Shown here in pieces: positions 30,679 through 39,741 of a stretch of 64,000 nucleotides of DNA. The notes under the pieces were generated by a model that did no database searches, had not been told where the DNA came from, and saw nothing but the letters and a program-made list of their open reading frames with translations. Position 1 is the stretch's first letter; each line of letters opens with the position of its first letter. The translations under genes and the position numbers were made by a program. Source of the DNA: Alistipes sp. (lineage in GTDB: Bacteria; Bacteroidota; Bacteroidia; Bacteroidales; Rikenellaceae); NCBI GenBank assembly GCA_017502025.1, contig JAFVVS010000123.1:2049-66048 (forward strand), in the 5' to 3' direction.

Positions 30679-30998
30679 GGGGTTGTTAGGGGTTGTTAGA
30701 GGTTGTTAGGGGAATATAGAGAGAATAGGGAGTATAGGGAATTTAGTGATTGTTGCTTTCTCTAAATTCTCTAAACTCCCTAAGTTCTCTAAACTCTCTT
30801 TCGTCTTTCGTCTCTCTCAACTCCGACGGTTGTCACGGCGCAACAGGATTAAGGGCTAGTAACGGCTAGTAACGGCAAGTAAGGGTGCGCTGAAAGTCTA
30901 TTAGCCAATGGCTAAATTAAAAATTCCTTTAATTGTCAATTATCAATTATCAATTGTCAATTTGAGTTCTCAACTCTCAACTCTCAACTCTCAACTCC
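30678..30998. repeat. Composite short-tandem-repeat island (inverted homolog of 2091-2345) plus heptamer arrays
   Basis: GGGGTTGTTA decamers, 9-mer arrays around ATTGTTGCTT, clamp element 30821-30897, TTRTCAA and CTCTCAA heptamers. Confidence 0.85.
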
Positions 30999-31209
30999 TT
31001 CCGCATATTCCCTGCATAAAATTTCAATACGGCACAATTTGTTCACAAATTATTAAAAAATCTCAAAAAATATTTGCAAAAACCAAATTCAAAATATAAA
31101 TTTGCAATAACGAAACGGGATAAAAGCCGTTTTTGTGGTTTTTTACAAAAGAAACAAAACTTACAATTTACAACTAATTTTTTCATTTTAATTTCAAATT
31201 CTTACAATT

Positions 31210-33528
31210 ATGAAGAAGATTTTTACACTTATGTGGGCGATTGTGTGCGCTGCGCTTACAATCGTGTCGTGTACACCAGACAATGGTGACGACAACAATG
31301 GCGGTGTGGTTTCCGCTTCGAAGATCACCGTTACCGGTGCTCCTGAGGCTAACCTCACTCCTGCTGCTGGCGAGCTCTCTTTGGGCTACGCTATCGAGAA
31401 CCCAACTTTGACCGACGCTCTCGTTGTGACTACCGAGGCTGCTTGGGTTAAGGTTGGCGAGATTGGTGAGGCTACCGTAGCTCTTACCTATGAGGCTAAC
31501 ACTGATGCTCCCGGCTCTCCTGCTCGTGAGGCTGTCATCAAGTTCGCTTACAATGGCGCTGAGGATGTACTCGTAACCTTGAAGCAGGACTCGCAGGCTC
31601 CTTCGTTCGAGATTGAGTGGTTGAATGTAACTTGTGGTTCTGCACAGTACACTTGTACTCCTGCTGACAACGAGATGCTCTACCTCTTGGCAAGCACTCA
31701 GGACTTGGGTCAGATTGGTGTTCAGGGAGAGACTCCACAAGAGTTGATGAAGAACTACGCTGAGATGTTGGCTACTTATGGTATGCTTACAGGTGAGGCT
31801 GATGGTTGGTATGTATTCAAGGGTGCTACTACCGAGATGCCAAAGGATGCTTCTCGTTTCAGCGCAGAGGAGACTGTTTCTGTTTTCGCATTGGGTATCT
31901 CTGCAACTGTTGGTGAGATGGATCCGGAGACCGGTATGCCGGCTATCACTATTAATTACCTTACTCCGGTACACACTTGGGAGGTTCCATTCTTGCCTTA
32001 CCCAACTGTTACTGTTCCAGAGGCACAGTTGACAAACAATGTTTCGTCTGCTGCTGGCGAACTCGTTCTCGACTGCGTTTTGGAGAACGCTTTGAACGAT
32101 GGTTCGGAGGTAACTCTTTCGACCGAGGCTACTTGGGTTCACCCAACTTGGGCTGACAACAAGCTCACTATCGCTTACGATGCTAACACTGTTGCTGTTG
32201 CTCGTCGTGCAAAGATTGCTGTTCAGTATGGCTGGTGGACTAACCCATTCGAGGTAACTCTCGTTCAGGAGAAGGATGCTACTGCAACTGCTATAACTTT
32301 GAATCTCACTGTTAAGGGTACTCAGTTCAATGGTATCTTGGTTGATATTGTTCCTTCGGACGAGAATGTATTCTATGCTTTGAACTACACTACTCCTGAG
32401 AAGGATTGGGAGACTGGTGCAGAGCTTCCTATCGACTGGATGGCTAAGGCTGAGGAGCTTTTGAGCTACGCAGGCAACGCTACTTTCCACAAGGGTGCTT
32501 TGACCAACTATCTTATCAAGACCAATGTGTCTAACTACGAGTGGTATGGTTATGACTACTATGTATACGCAATCCCTGTTGCTCTTGAAGAGATTGAGGG
32601 TGCAGTTAAGGTTAACCAGATTCTCGGCGAGACGACTGTATCGGATAAGGTTACTATCGATGTTAGCAAGATGCCTAAGCTCGAGTGGGACGTTGAGAAG
32701 AGCGGTCTTACTTGGAACGAGACTAATGGTCGTTACGACCTCGAAGTTGTTGAGGGTTCGACCGTAGTTCTCCACTACATCCTTACTAACCCGGTTGAGG
32801 GTGCATTGGTTAAGTTGAATGGTACTTCGCTCTACGATAACTACAATGTAGTTGATGGCGAGCCAGTAATTGACAACGCTGCTAGTACTATCACCTTCAA
32901 GATCGACAAGTTCGACACAGCAAAGAAATACCACTATGTAAGCCCAGGCTTCAAGTATACCAATGAGGATGAGGATATGTGGGGTATCACAACTCCAAGC
33001 TTGCGTTTGACTCAGGTTGAGAACAAGGGTTATGCACTCCCTTACGAGCAGACTTTTGCATCGGGTCAGGGCGACTGGACTATCGACAATGTTGATTTGA
33101 GCACACTCTCGTATGTTTGGAAGCACGACTCATCTTACAAGTGCATGAAGGCTTCGGCTTATGTAGGTTCGGCAAAGGCTACTGAGAGCTGGTTGATCTC
33201 TCCAAAGATTGACCTCACAACAGCTACTGCTCCTGTACTTACATTTGAGCAGGCTATCAACCACGCAAAGGGTACTGCTGCTACAACCCTCACTTTGTGG
33301 GTAAAGGAGGCTTCTGCAACCGAGTGGACTCAGGTTACTATTCCTAGCTATCCAGCTTCTGATTCGTGGACATTCTACTCGGCTGGTAATGTAGATCTTT
33401 CGGCTTATGCAGGTAAGTCTATCCAGATTGCTTTCAAGTACACTTCGACAACTTCGATTGCTGCAACTTGGGAGGTTAAGAATGTTGTTGTTGCTGATGC
33501 AGGTGCCGCAGTTGCTCCGCTTATGTAA
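31210..33528 (+). CDS. Surface lipoprotein with two BACON-like domains and a C-terminal choice-of-anchor-J/cleaved-adhesin-like domain
   Basis: Lipobox IVSC followed by acidic residues; repeated AAGEL...ENxL...EA.WV...Y.ANT...R.A.I; C-terminal ESWLISPKIDL...IQIAFKY. Confidence 0.7.
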   Translation: MKKIFTLMWAIVCAALTIVSCTPDNGDDNNGGVVSASKITVTGAPEANLTPAAGELSLGYAIENPTLTDALVVTTEAAWVKVGEIGEATVALTYEANTDAPGSPAREAVIKFAYNGAEDVLVTLKQDSQAPSFEIEWLNVTCGSAQYTCTPADNEMLYLLASTQDLGQIGVQGETPQELMKNYAEMLATYGMLTGEADGWYVFKGATTEMPKDASRFSAEETVSVFALGISATVGEMDPETGMPAITINYLTPVHTWEVPFLPYPTVTVPEAQLTNNVSSAAGELVLDCVLENALNDGSEVTLSTEATWVHPTWADNKLTIAYDANTVAVARRAKIAVQYGWWTNPFEVTLVQEKDATATAITLNLTVKGTQFNGILVDIVPSDENVFYALNYTTPEKDWETGAELPIDWMAKAEELLSYAGNATFHKGALTNYLIKTNVSNYEWYGYDYYVYAIPVALEEIEGAVKVNQILGETTVSDKVTIDVSKMPKLEWDVEKSGLTWNETNGRYDLEVVEGSTVVLHYILTNPVEGALVKLNGTSLYDNYNVVDGEPVIDNAASTITFKIDKFDTAKKYHYVSPGFKYTNEDEDMWGITTPSLRLTQVENKGYALPYEQTFASGQGDWTIDNVDLSTLSYVWKHDSSYKCMKASAYVGSAKATESWLISPKIDLTTATAPVLTFEQAINHAKGTAATTLTLWVKEASATEWTQVTIPSYPASDSWTFYSAGNVDLSAYAGKSIQIAFKYTSTTSIAATWEVKNVVVADAGAAVAPLM

Positions 33529-33553
33529 TCAACATTTGATTAACTGATATTTC

Positions 33554-33588
33554 GCCCGACTGCTCGTTAGAGTGGTCGGGCTTTTTTT
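33554..33588 (+). terminator. Intrinsic terminator
   Basis: GCCCGAC...GTCGGGC followed by T7. Confidence 0.8.
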
Positions 33589-33599
33589 GTGCGATAGCG

Positions 33600-33770
33600 A
33601 AAAATAGGGGAGATAGGGAACTTAGTGAAATTAGAGAGTTTAGAGATGCTCAATATGCTCTAAATTCTCTAAATTCCTTAATCTCCCTAAAAGCTAATGT
33701 CCAACAGTTCAAAAAGCAAAAAAGAGATAAAAAACTCTCGTCTTTCGTCTTTCGTCTCTCGTCTTTTGCT
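33600..33770. repeat. Inverted 9-mer arrays and TCGTCTT heptamers
   Basis: TAGGGAACT/TTAGAGAGT units versus CTCTAAATT units. Confidence 0.7.
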
Positions 33771-33872
33771 TTTTTTCGGGCAAATAGTTTGCAATTCAAA
33801 AAAAACTTTGTAACTTTATAAAACCATTTGAGGTAAAACCGAAAAACTTTGAACACTTAAAACTATAATGCT

Positions 33873-36026
33873 ATGAAAAATTACTCACCAAAAGAGATTA
33901 AGAACATCGTTCTGATTGGAGCCCCAGGCTCGGGTAAAACTACCTTGGCGGAGGCTATGGCTTACGAAGGTAAGGTTATCGACCGTCGAGGTAGTGTAGA
34001 GAACAACAACACCCTGTCGGACAACACCGACATCGAGCACGAATACAAGCGCTCTATCTATGCGACAACTCTCTTCACCGAGTTTATGGGTCGCAAACTC
34101 AATATCATCGACTGCCCGGGATCTGACGACTTCTGCGGAAACCTCTTCTCGGCATTCAAGGTTGGTGATGTGGGCGTTATGCTCGTAAATGCACAGACCG
34201 GCTGGGAGGTAGGAAATGTCCTCCAAGGTCGTTATGCTCGCATCTTGAACAAGCCACTCATCGCTGTTGTCAATCAGCTCGATGGCGAGAAGGCTTCCTA
34301 CGAGAATGCTCTCGAAACTATGCGTGATAAGGCTTCGGTTAAGCCGGTTATCGTTCAGTATCCTGTAAATCAGGGTGTTGGCTTCGATTCGTTTATCGAT
34401 GTCTTGATGATGAAGATGTATCGCTTCACCGACGAGAATGGTACTCGTGAGGAGTTGGATATTCCTGAGAGCGAGATGGAGAAGGCTCTCGATTTGAATC
34501 GTGAGTTGATCGAGACCGCAGCCGAGCACGATGACGCTTTGATGGAGCTCTACTTCGAGAAGGGCACTTTGACACAAGACGATATCCGTTCGGGCTTGAA
34601 GATTGGCGTTGCAAAGCGTAAGGCTATGCCTGTATTCTGCGCAAGCGGTAAGAAAGATATTGGTACCAAGCGTTTGATGGAGTTTATCATCAATGTTGCT
34701 CCTGGTCCAACTGTAGCTCCTGCATTCCCTGCTGTTGACGGCTCGGAGGTTGCTGCCGACGAGACTGCACCTGTGGCACTCTTCGTATTTAAGTCGCAGA
34801 TGGAGGGTCATATTGGCGAAATCAACTACTTCCGTGTAGTTCGTGGTAAGTTGACCGAGGGTATGGAGTTGGTGAACTCTCGCACAGGCAACAAGGAGAA
34901 GCTTTCGCAGTTGTTCGCCGTAGCGGGTAAGAACCGTATCAAGGTTACCGAATTGTCGGCGGGCGATATCGGTTGCACTGTTAAGTTGAAGGGCACTCGC
35001 ACAAACGACACTTTGGCTGCACCTGCTGCACCTATCACTTTGGAGCCTATCGTATTCCCGGAGCCACGCTACCGTGCTGCTGTTAAGGCTAAGGTACAGG
35101 CTGACGAGGAGAAACTCGGTAAGTTGTTGCTCGATGCTCGTTTCGAGGATCCTACCATTCTTGTTGAGTACTCTAAGGAGTTGAAGCAGACCATTATCCA
35201 GGGTCAGGGTGAGCACCACCTCAATATCTTGCGTAACCGCATCTTGGCAGACAGCAAGGTCGATATGGAGTTCTTCGCACCGAAGATTCCGTATCGTGAG
35301 ACCATCACCAAGGTTGCTCAGGCTGACTATCGTCACAAGAAGCAGTCGGGTGGTGCAGGTCAGTTTGGCGAGGTACATATGGTTATAGAGCCTTACTATG
35401 AGGGCATTGCTGAGCCATCGAAGTATAAGGTAAATGGCAAGGATATCACCGTAAATATCAAGGGTAAGGAGGAGTACGACCTCGAATGGGGTGGTAAGCT
35501 TCAATACTACAACTCGATTGTTGGTGGTGCTATCGATGCACGCTTTATGCCGGCTATTTTGAAGGGTATTATGGAGAAGATGGACGAGGGTCCGCTCACA
35601 GGTTCGTATGCTCGTGATATCCGTGTAGTTATCTACGACGGTAAGATGCACCCGGTAGATTCTAACGAAATCTCCTTCAAACTCGCTGCTCGTAACGCAT
35701 TCAAGGAGGCGTTCCGCAATGCAGGTCCGAAGATTATGGAGCCTATTTATAATGTCGAGGTACTCACTCCAACCGACTATATGGGTGCTGTAATGAGCGA
35801 CCTCCAAAATCGTCGTGCGATGATTATGGGTATGGAGTCGGCAAAGGGCTTCGATAAGCTCAACGCTCGTGTGCCACTCGCAGAGCTCTATCGTTACTCT
35901 ACAACGCTCTCGTCTTTGACCTCTGGTGCTGCAACCTACACTATGAAGTTCGATTCATACGAGCAGGTGCCAAGCGATGTTCAGGAGAAGTTGTTGAAGG
36001 CTTACACCGACACCGACGAGGAGTAA
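33873..36026 (+). CDS. fusA2: Elongation factor G paralog (EF-G2 type)
   Basis: EF-G domain layout, HKKQSGGAGQFGEV, GKMHPVDS; divergent G motifs (GAPGSGKT, DCPGSDDF, NQLD) and a domain IV insert. Confidence 0.9.
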   Translation: MKNYSPKEIKNIVLIGAPGSGKTTLAEAMAYEGKVIDRRGSVENNNTLSDNTDIEHEYKRSIYATTLFTEFMGRKLNIIDCPGSDDFCGNLFSAFKVGDVGVMLVNAQTGWEVGNVLQGRYARILNKPLIAVVNQLDGEKASYENALETMRDKASVKPVIVQYPVNQGVGFDSFIDVLMMKMYRFTDENGTREELDIPESEMEKALDLNRELIETAAEHDDALMELYFEKGTLTQDDIRSGLKIGVAKRKAMPVFCASGKKDIGTKRLMEFIINVAPGPTVAPAFPAVDGSEVAADETAPVALFVFKSQMEGHIGEINYFRVVRGKLTEGMELVNSRTGNKEKLSQLFAVAGKNRIKVTELSAGDIGCTVKLKGTRTNDTLAAPAAPITLEPIVFPEPRYRAAVKAKVQADEEKLGKLLLDARFEDPTILVEYSKELKQTIIQGQGEHHLNILRNRILADSKVDMEFFAPKIPYRETITKVAQADYRHKKQSGGAGQFGEVHMVIEPYYEGIAEPSKYKVNGKDITVNIKGKEEYDLEWGGKLQYYNSIVGGAIDARFMPAILKGIMEKMDEGPLTGSYARDIRVVIYDGKMHPVDSNEISFKLAARNAFKEAFRNAGPKIMEPIYNVEVLTPTDYMGAVMSDLQNRRAMIMGMESAKGFDKLNARVPLAELYRYSTTLSSLTSGAATYTMKFDSYEQVPSDVQEKLLKAYTDTDEE

Positions 36027-36149
36027 AAATTGTTCTGATGAGTTCTTTTTGCACGAATCTACGGAGAGCGGAATGCTCACATAGGCGTACTATGCTCCGC
36101 TTCCGCTCCCTTGCTTCGCACAAAAATAATCTCATCATAAGCAATTTTA
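36024..36149 (+). repeat. ~127-bp hairpin element, copy E
   Basis: TAAAAATTG...CAATTTTA; core GAGCGGAA-T-GC-TCA-CATAG...CTATG-CTCC-GC-TTCCGCTC. Confidence 0.85.
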
Positions 36150-36151
36150 GG

Positions 36152-36274
36152 AGAATTGTTCTGATTGAATTCTTTGTCCGAATATCGGGTAGGGGAATGC
36201 TCACATAGGCTGACTATGCTGCGGACTCAACGCCTTGCCTCGCACAAAATTTCCTCAATCATAAGCAATTTTTA
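36152..36274 (+). repeat. ~127-bp hairpin element, copy F (tandem to E)
   Basis: AATTGTTCTGATTGA...TCAATCATAAGCAATT; core GCTCACATAGGCTGACTATGCTGCG. Confidence 0.8.
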
Positions 36275-36438
36275 GGAGAGAAGAATTTAGTGAACATAAG
36301 GAGCTTAGTGAGTTTAGTGAAAATCTCTAAATTCTCTAAATTCCCTAATCTCTCTAAATTCCCCAAAAAATATAAAAATGTTTAAGTAAAAATGTAATTG
36401 AAAACCCTAACCAACCATTTTTCATAAGCATTTTTTCA

Positions 36439-36480
36439 GGAGAGGGCAGAGTCGTGAGATTCCGCCCTCTCCGCCTTTTT
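36439..36480 (+). terminator. Intrinsic terminator-like hairpin
   Basis: GGAGAGGGCAGA-GTCGTGAGAT-TCCGCCCTCTCC followed by GCCTTTTT. Confidence 0.65.
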
Positions 36481-36504
36481 GCTGTTTGGTGGGTGGTTTC
36501 GGCA

Positions 36505-36565
36505 TTGGACTGCGGACTCCAAAATGCTCACATAGCTCCACTATGCTCCGCTTTTGTTGCGCTGC
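36505..36565 (+). repeat. Partial hairpin element, copy G (core only)
   Basis: CAAAATGCTCACATAGCTCCACTATGCTCCGCTTTTG. Confidence 0.75.
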
Positions 36566-36659
36566 AAGCTTTTTAACTACTCACTTCTCACTACTCACTA
36601 AAACAAAAGTTTTCCGTTTTCCGCTTTCCGTTATCCGTTCTTTTTATTATCTTTGTATT

Positions 36660-37763
36660 ATGATATTGGACGAACTCGCTTTGACTTTTGTTCCCGACCT
36701 CGGCTCACGAGGTGTGGCGCATCTTATGGATATATACGGTGATGCGGCAATGGTCTATGCGCAACCGGAACACAACCTTGTGGTTTGTGCCGAATTGCGC
36801 AGGGATATCGCCTCACGAATAGCCCAGAAGGTGGGTTATGCCGAGGCCGAGCGAGAGTTAGAGTATTGCAACAAGCATAATATAAAGGCTACATCCTACA
36901 CCGATAGTGACTATCCGCCACTTCTGCGTGAGGCGTCGGATAGACCGCACATCGTCTATTCGGTGGGCGATATCGGGGCATTGCAGTCGAAACACATTCT
37001 CTCGGTGGTAGGCACAAGGCGCATAAGTTCGTATGGCGAGAGTGTCTGCGCCAAGTTTATTCCCGAGCTGGCGGAGATGTTCCCCGACTTGGTCGTAGTG
37101 AGTGGTTTGGCATTCGGCGTAGATGCCGCAGCACATCGTGCAGCTTTGGCAGCAGGAGTGCGAACAGTTGGCGTTGTGGCAAATCCTCTGCCCGATGTGA
37201 TACCTGCCCAACACAGAAATCTCGCCAAAGATATGATCGAAAATGGCGGTGCTATCGTTACGGAGTTGCACTCGCAGACCAAGCAGAATGGCGCATACTA
37301 CATCCCTCGCAACCGCATTATAGCGGGCGTGGCGGAGGGTTTGTTGGTTGTCGAATCGCCGTCAAATGGTGGCTCGCTCTCGACAGCCAAGGCGGCAGAT
37401 GCCTACTCTCGTACCATTATGGCGGTGCCTGGTCGTATCACCGACTCACGCTCGGAGGGTACAAATCATCTGATAAAGACAAATGTCGCTCAACTCGTAA
37501 CCTCGGCAGAGGATATTGCCAAGGCGTTGGGCTGGGAGATACCGGGCGCAGTACCCGAGAAGATGCACTTTGCTCCGCACGAGGTTACACCAAAGGAGCG
37601 TAGTGTCTATAATGTTGTGGCAGATAGTTCCGACGGCTTGACTATGGATAAGATTGCCGAAATGACCTCCCTCTCGGTGGCAGAGGTGAGCGCTATATTG
37701 TTGAATATGGAGTTGTCGGGTATGGTGCGCCAACTCCCTGGAAAGGTCTATGTGATATGCTAA
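36660..37763 (+). CDS. dprA: DNA-processing protein DprA
   Basis: VVGTR, VSGLAFGVD...H, RNRIIAG, C-terminal wHTH; real start ATG 36660 after TATCTTTG. Confidence 0.93.
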   Translation: MILDELALTFVPDLGSRGVAHLMDIYGDAAMVYAQPEHNLVVCAELRRDIASRIAQKVGYAEAERELEYCNKHNIKATSYTDSDYPPLLREASDRPHIVYSVGDIGALQSKHILSVVGTRRISSYGESVCAKFIPELAEMFPDLVVVSGLAFGVDAAAHRAALAAGVRTVGVVANPLPDVIPAQHRNLAKDMIENGGAIVTELHSQTKQNGAYYIPRNRIIAGVAEGLLVVESPSNGGSLSTAKAADAYSRTIMAVPGRITDSRSEGTNHLIKTNVAQLVTSAEDIAKALGWEIPGAVPEKMHFAPHEVTPKERSVYNVVADSSDGLTMDKIAEMTSLSVAEVSAILLNMELSGMVRQLPGKVYVIC

Positions 37764-38545
37764 TCGATACCCATTCGCACATATACGATGAGGCGTTTGA
37801 CTCTGATCGACAAGAGGTTGTCGAGCGAGCCAAAGCCGAGGGCGTGGAGCGCATCGTCTTGCCGGCAATAGATGGCGAGAGCAACGAACGGTTGTTCGAT
37901 ATGTGCCGAGAGTGGGGCGACTATGTGGTGCCGTTGATGGGTCTGCATCCGACATCGGTAAATGACAATCCTCGTTGGCGTGAGGAGTTAGCCGAGGTGG
38001 AGCGATTGCTCGCTGCGCCACCACAGGGCATAGAGCGATTCTATGGCGTTGGCGAGATAGGCTTGGATCTCTATTGGAGCCGTGATTGGCAGTCGGAGCA
38101 AGAGGAGGTTTTCAGGGCGCAGTTGGAGTTGGCGTTGAAGCACAATTTGCCAATTGTTGTGCATACTCGTGATGCGTGGGAGGAGATGGCTGCGATTGTC
38201 GAGGAGTATCGAGGTCGTGGTTTGAGAGGTATATTTCACGCCTTCTCTTCGGATGTGGCGATGTATGAGCAACTGCGCTTGGCGGGCGACTTTGTGTTCG
38301 GTATTGGAGGTGTTGTGACCTTCAAAAAGAGTGCGCTGGCAGAGGTTGTCAAGTCAATGCGATTGGAGGATTTGGTAATCGAGACCGACTCGCCATACCT
38401 CACTCCTACGCCATACCGAGGTACTCGCAACGAGTCGTCGTATGTGCGCTTTGTAGCGCAGAAAATAGCCGAATTGAAGGGCGAAACTTACGAGGTGGTA
38501 GCCGAACGAACCACCGCAAATGCAAAACGAATTTTTAATCTGTAA
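37757..38545 (+). CDS. tatD: TatD-family DNase
   Basis: IDTHSH, GLHP, GEIGLD, VHTR, FHAF, ETDSPY. Confidence 0.95.
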   Translation: MLIDTHSHIYDEAFDSDRQEVVERAKAEGVERIVLPAIDGESNERLFDMCREWGDYVVPLMGLHPTSVNDNPRWREELAEVERLLAAPPQGIERFYGVGEIGLDLYWSRDWQSEQEEVFRAQLELALKHNLPIVVHTRDAWEEMAAIVEEYRGRGLRGIFHAFSSDVAMYEQLRLAGDFVFGIGGVVTFKKSALAEVVKSMRLEDLVIETDSPYLTPTPYRGTRNESSYVRFVAQKIAELKGETYEVVAERTTANAKRIFNL

Positions 38546-38551
38546 AACGAT

Positions 38552-39580
38552 ATGAAAAAGGCATCTATCCTGATAATCTACACGGGAGGAACAATCGGTA
38601 TGCGCCGAAACGAGAATGGAACACTCGTGCCATTCGACTTCAATACTATCGAGCAGGAGTTCCCTGCGGTGCGAAATCTGAATGTGGATATCTCGGTCTG
38701 CAAGATGGAGGCTATCGACTCCTCGAATGTGACAGCTGCTCGTTGGAGCGAGTTGGCACACATCATAGCCGACAACTACGATGCGCACGACGGCTTTGTG
38801 GTGTTGCACGGCACCGATACGATGTCCTACACCGCTTCGGCACTCAGTTTTATGCTCGACAATCTGTCGAAACCTGTAATCTTTACTGGTAGCCAGATTC
38901 CGATGGGTATCCTTCGTACCGACGGTCGTGAAAATCTGATTACAGCGATAGAGATTGCTGCTGCAACCGACTGCGAGGGTAATGCTTTGGTGCCCGAGGT
39001 TGCGCTCTACTTCCAAAACCGACTCTTCCGTGCAAATCGCACCTCGAAACATTCGGCGGAGGCGTTGAGCGCCTTCGAGTCGAGAAATATGGCTCCGCTT
39101 GCCGAGGTGGGTGTCAATATCAAGTACGATTACAAGGTTATCCACCACCCGACAACGCTCGATGAGCCGTTGCGAGTGTTGGATAAGATGAACGACAAGG
39201 TTATTGTCGTGAAACTCTTCCCGGGCTTGTCGGAGGCATCGTTGCGAGCAATGCTTGCGATAGAGGGTTTGCAGGGCGTGGTGCTCGAAACCTACGGAAC
39301 GGGAAATGCACCTACGGCAAAGTGGTTTGTCGAGGCGTTGAGCGAGGCTATTGCCCGTGGTATCTCGGTCGTAAATATCACACAGTGCCAGGGTGGTGCG
39401 GTGGCTATGCACCTCTACGAAACAGGCAAACAGTTGCAGGAGATAGGCGTTATCTGTGGCTACGATATGACCACCGAGGCTGCGGTTACAAAACTTATGT
39501 GGCTGCTCGGCAAAGAGTTGTCGGGTGAGCTCCTCGCAACCGAAATGGAGCAATCTCTGCGTGGCGAACTTACAAAGTAA
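38552..39580 (+). CDS. ansA: L-asparaginase type I
   Basis: YTGGTIGM, IDSS, HGTDTM, TGSQ. Confidence 0.94.
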   Translation: MKKASILIIYTGGTIGMRRNENGTLVPFDFNTIEQEFPAVRNLNVDISVCKMEAIDSSNVTAARWSELAHIIADNYDAHDGFVVLHGTDTMSYTASALSFMLDNLSKPVIFTGSQIPMGILRTDGRENLITAIEIAAATDCEGNALVPEVALYFQNRLFRANRTSKHSAEALSAFESRNMAPLAEVGVNIKYDYKVIHHPTTLDEPLRVLDKMNDKVIVVKLFPGLSEASLRAMLAIEGLQGVVLETYGTGNAPTAKWFVEALSEAIARGISVVNITQCQGGAVAMHLYETGKQLQEIGVICGYDMTTEAAVTKLMWLLGKELSGELLATEMEQSLRGELTK

Positions 39581-39741
39581 GTGGGTGATAAATAGCAAAT
39601 GTGTAAAAATGTAAGTTTGTGTTTTGCAAACTGAATAATAATTGCTATATTTGCGCCGAAATAGGTATATACCTATTCGACAGAGAAAAAAACGAAAGAA
39701 TAGATAACAAGTTTTTAATTTTTTAATCATTTCAAAACATT

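Noticed and set aside
8323-36274. Hairpin elements as integron attC sites
   Set aside because: Only copy A has AAC...GTT ends. The flanking genes are core genes with their own promoters, and no integrase is present.
36486-36659. N-terminal extensions given by the ORF track for dprA, HU, the DUF3078-like protein, the porin and the CorC protein
   Set aside because: They run through promoters, repeats or upstream genes; downstream starts fit the family N-termini or signal peptides.
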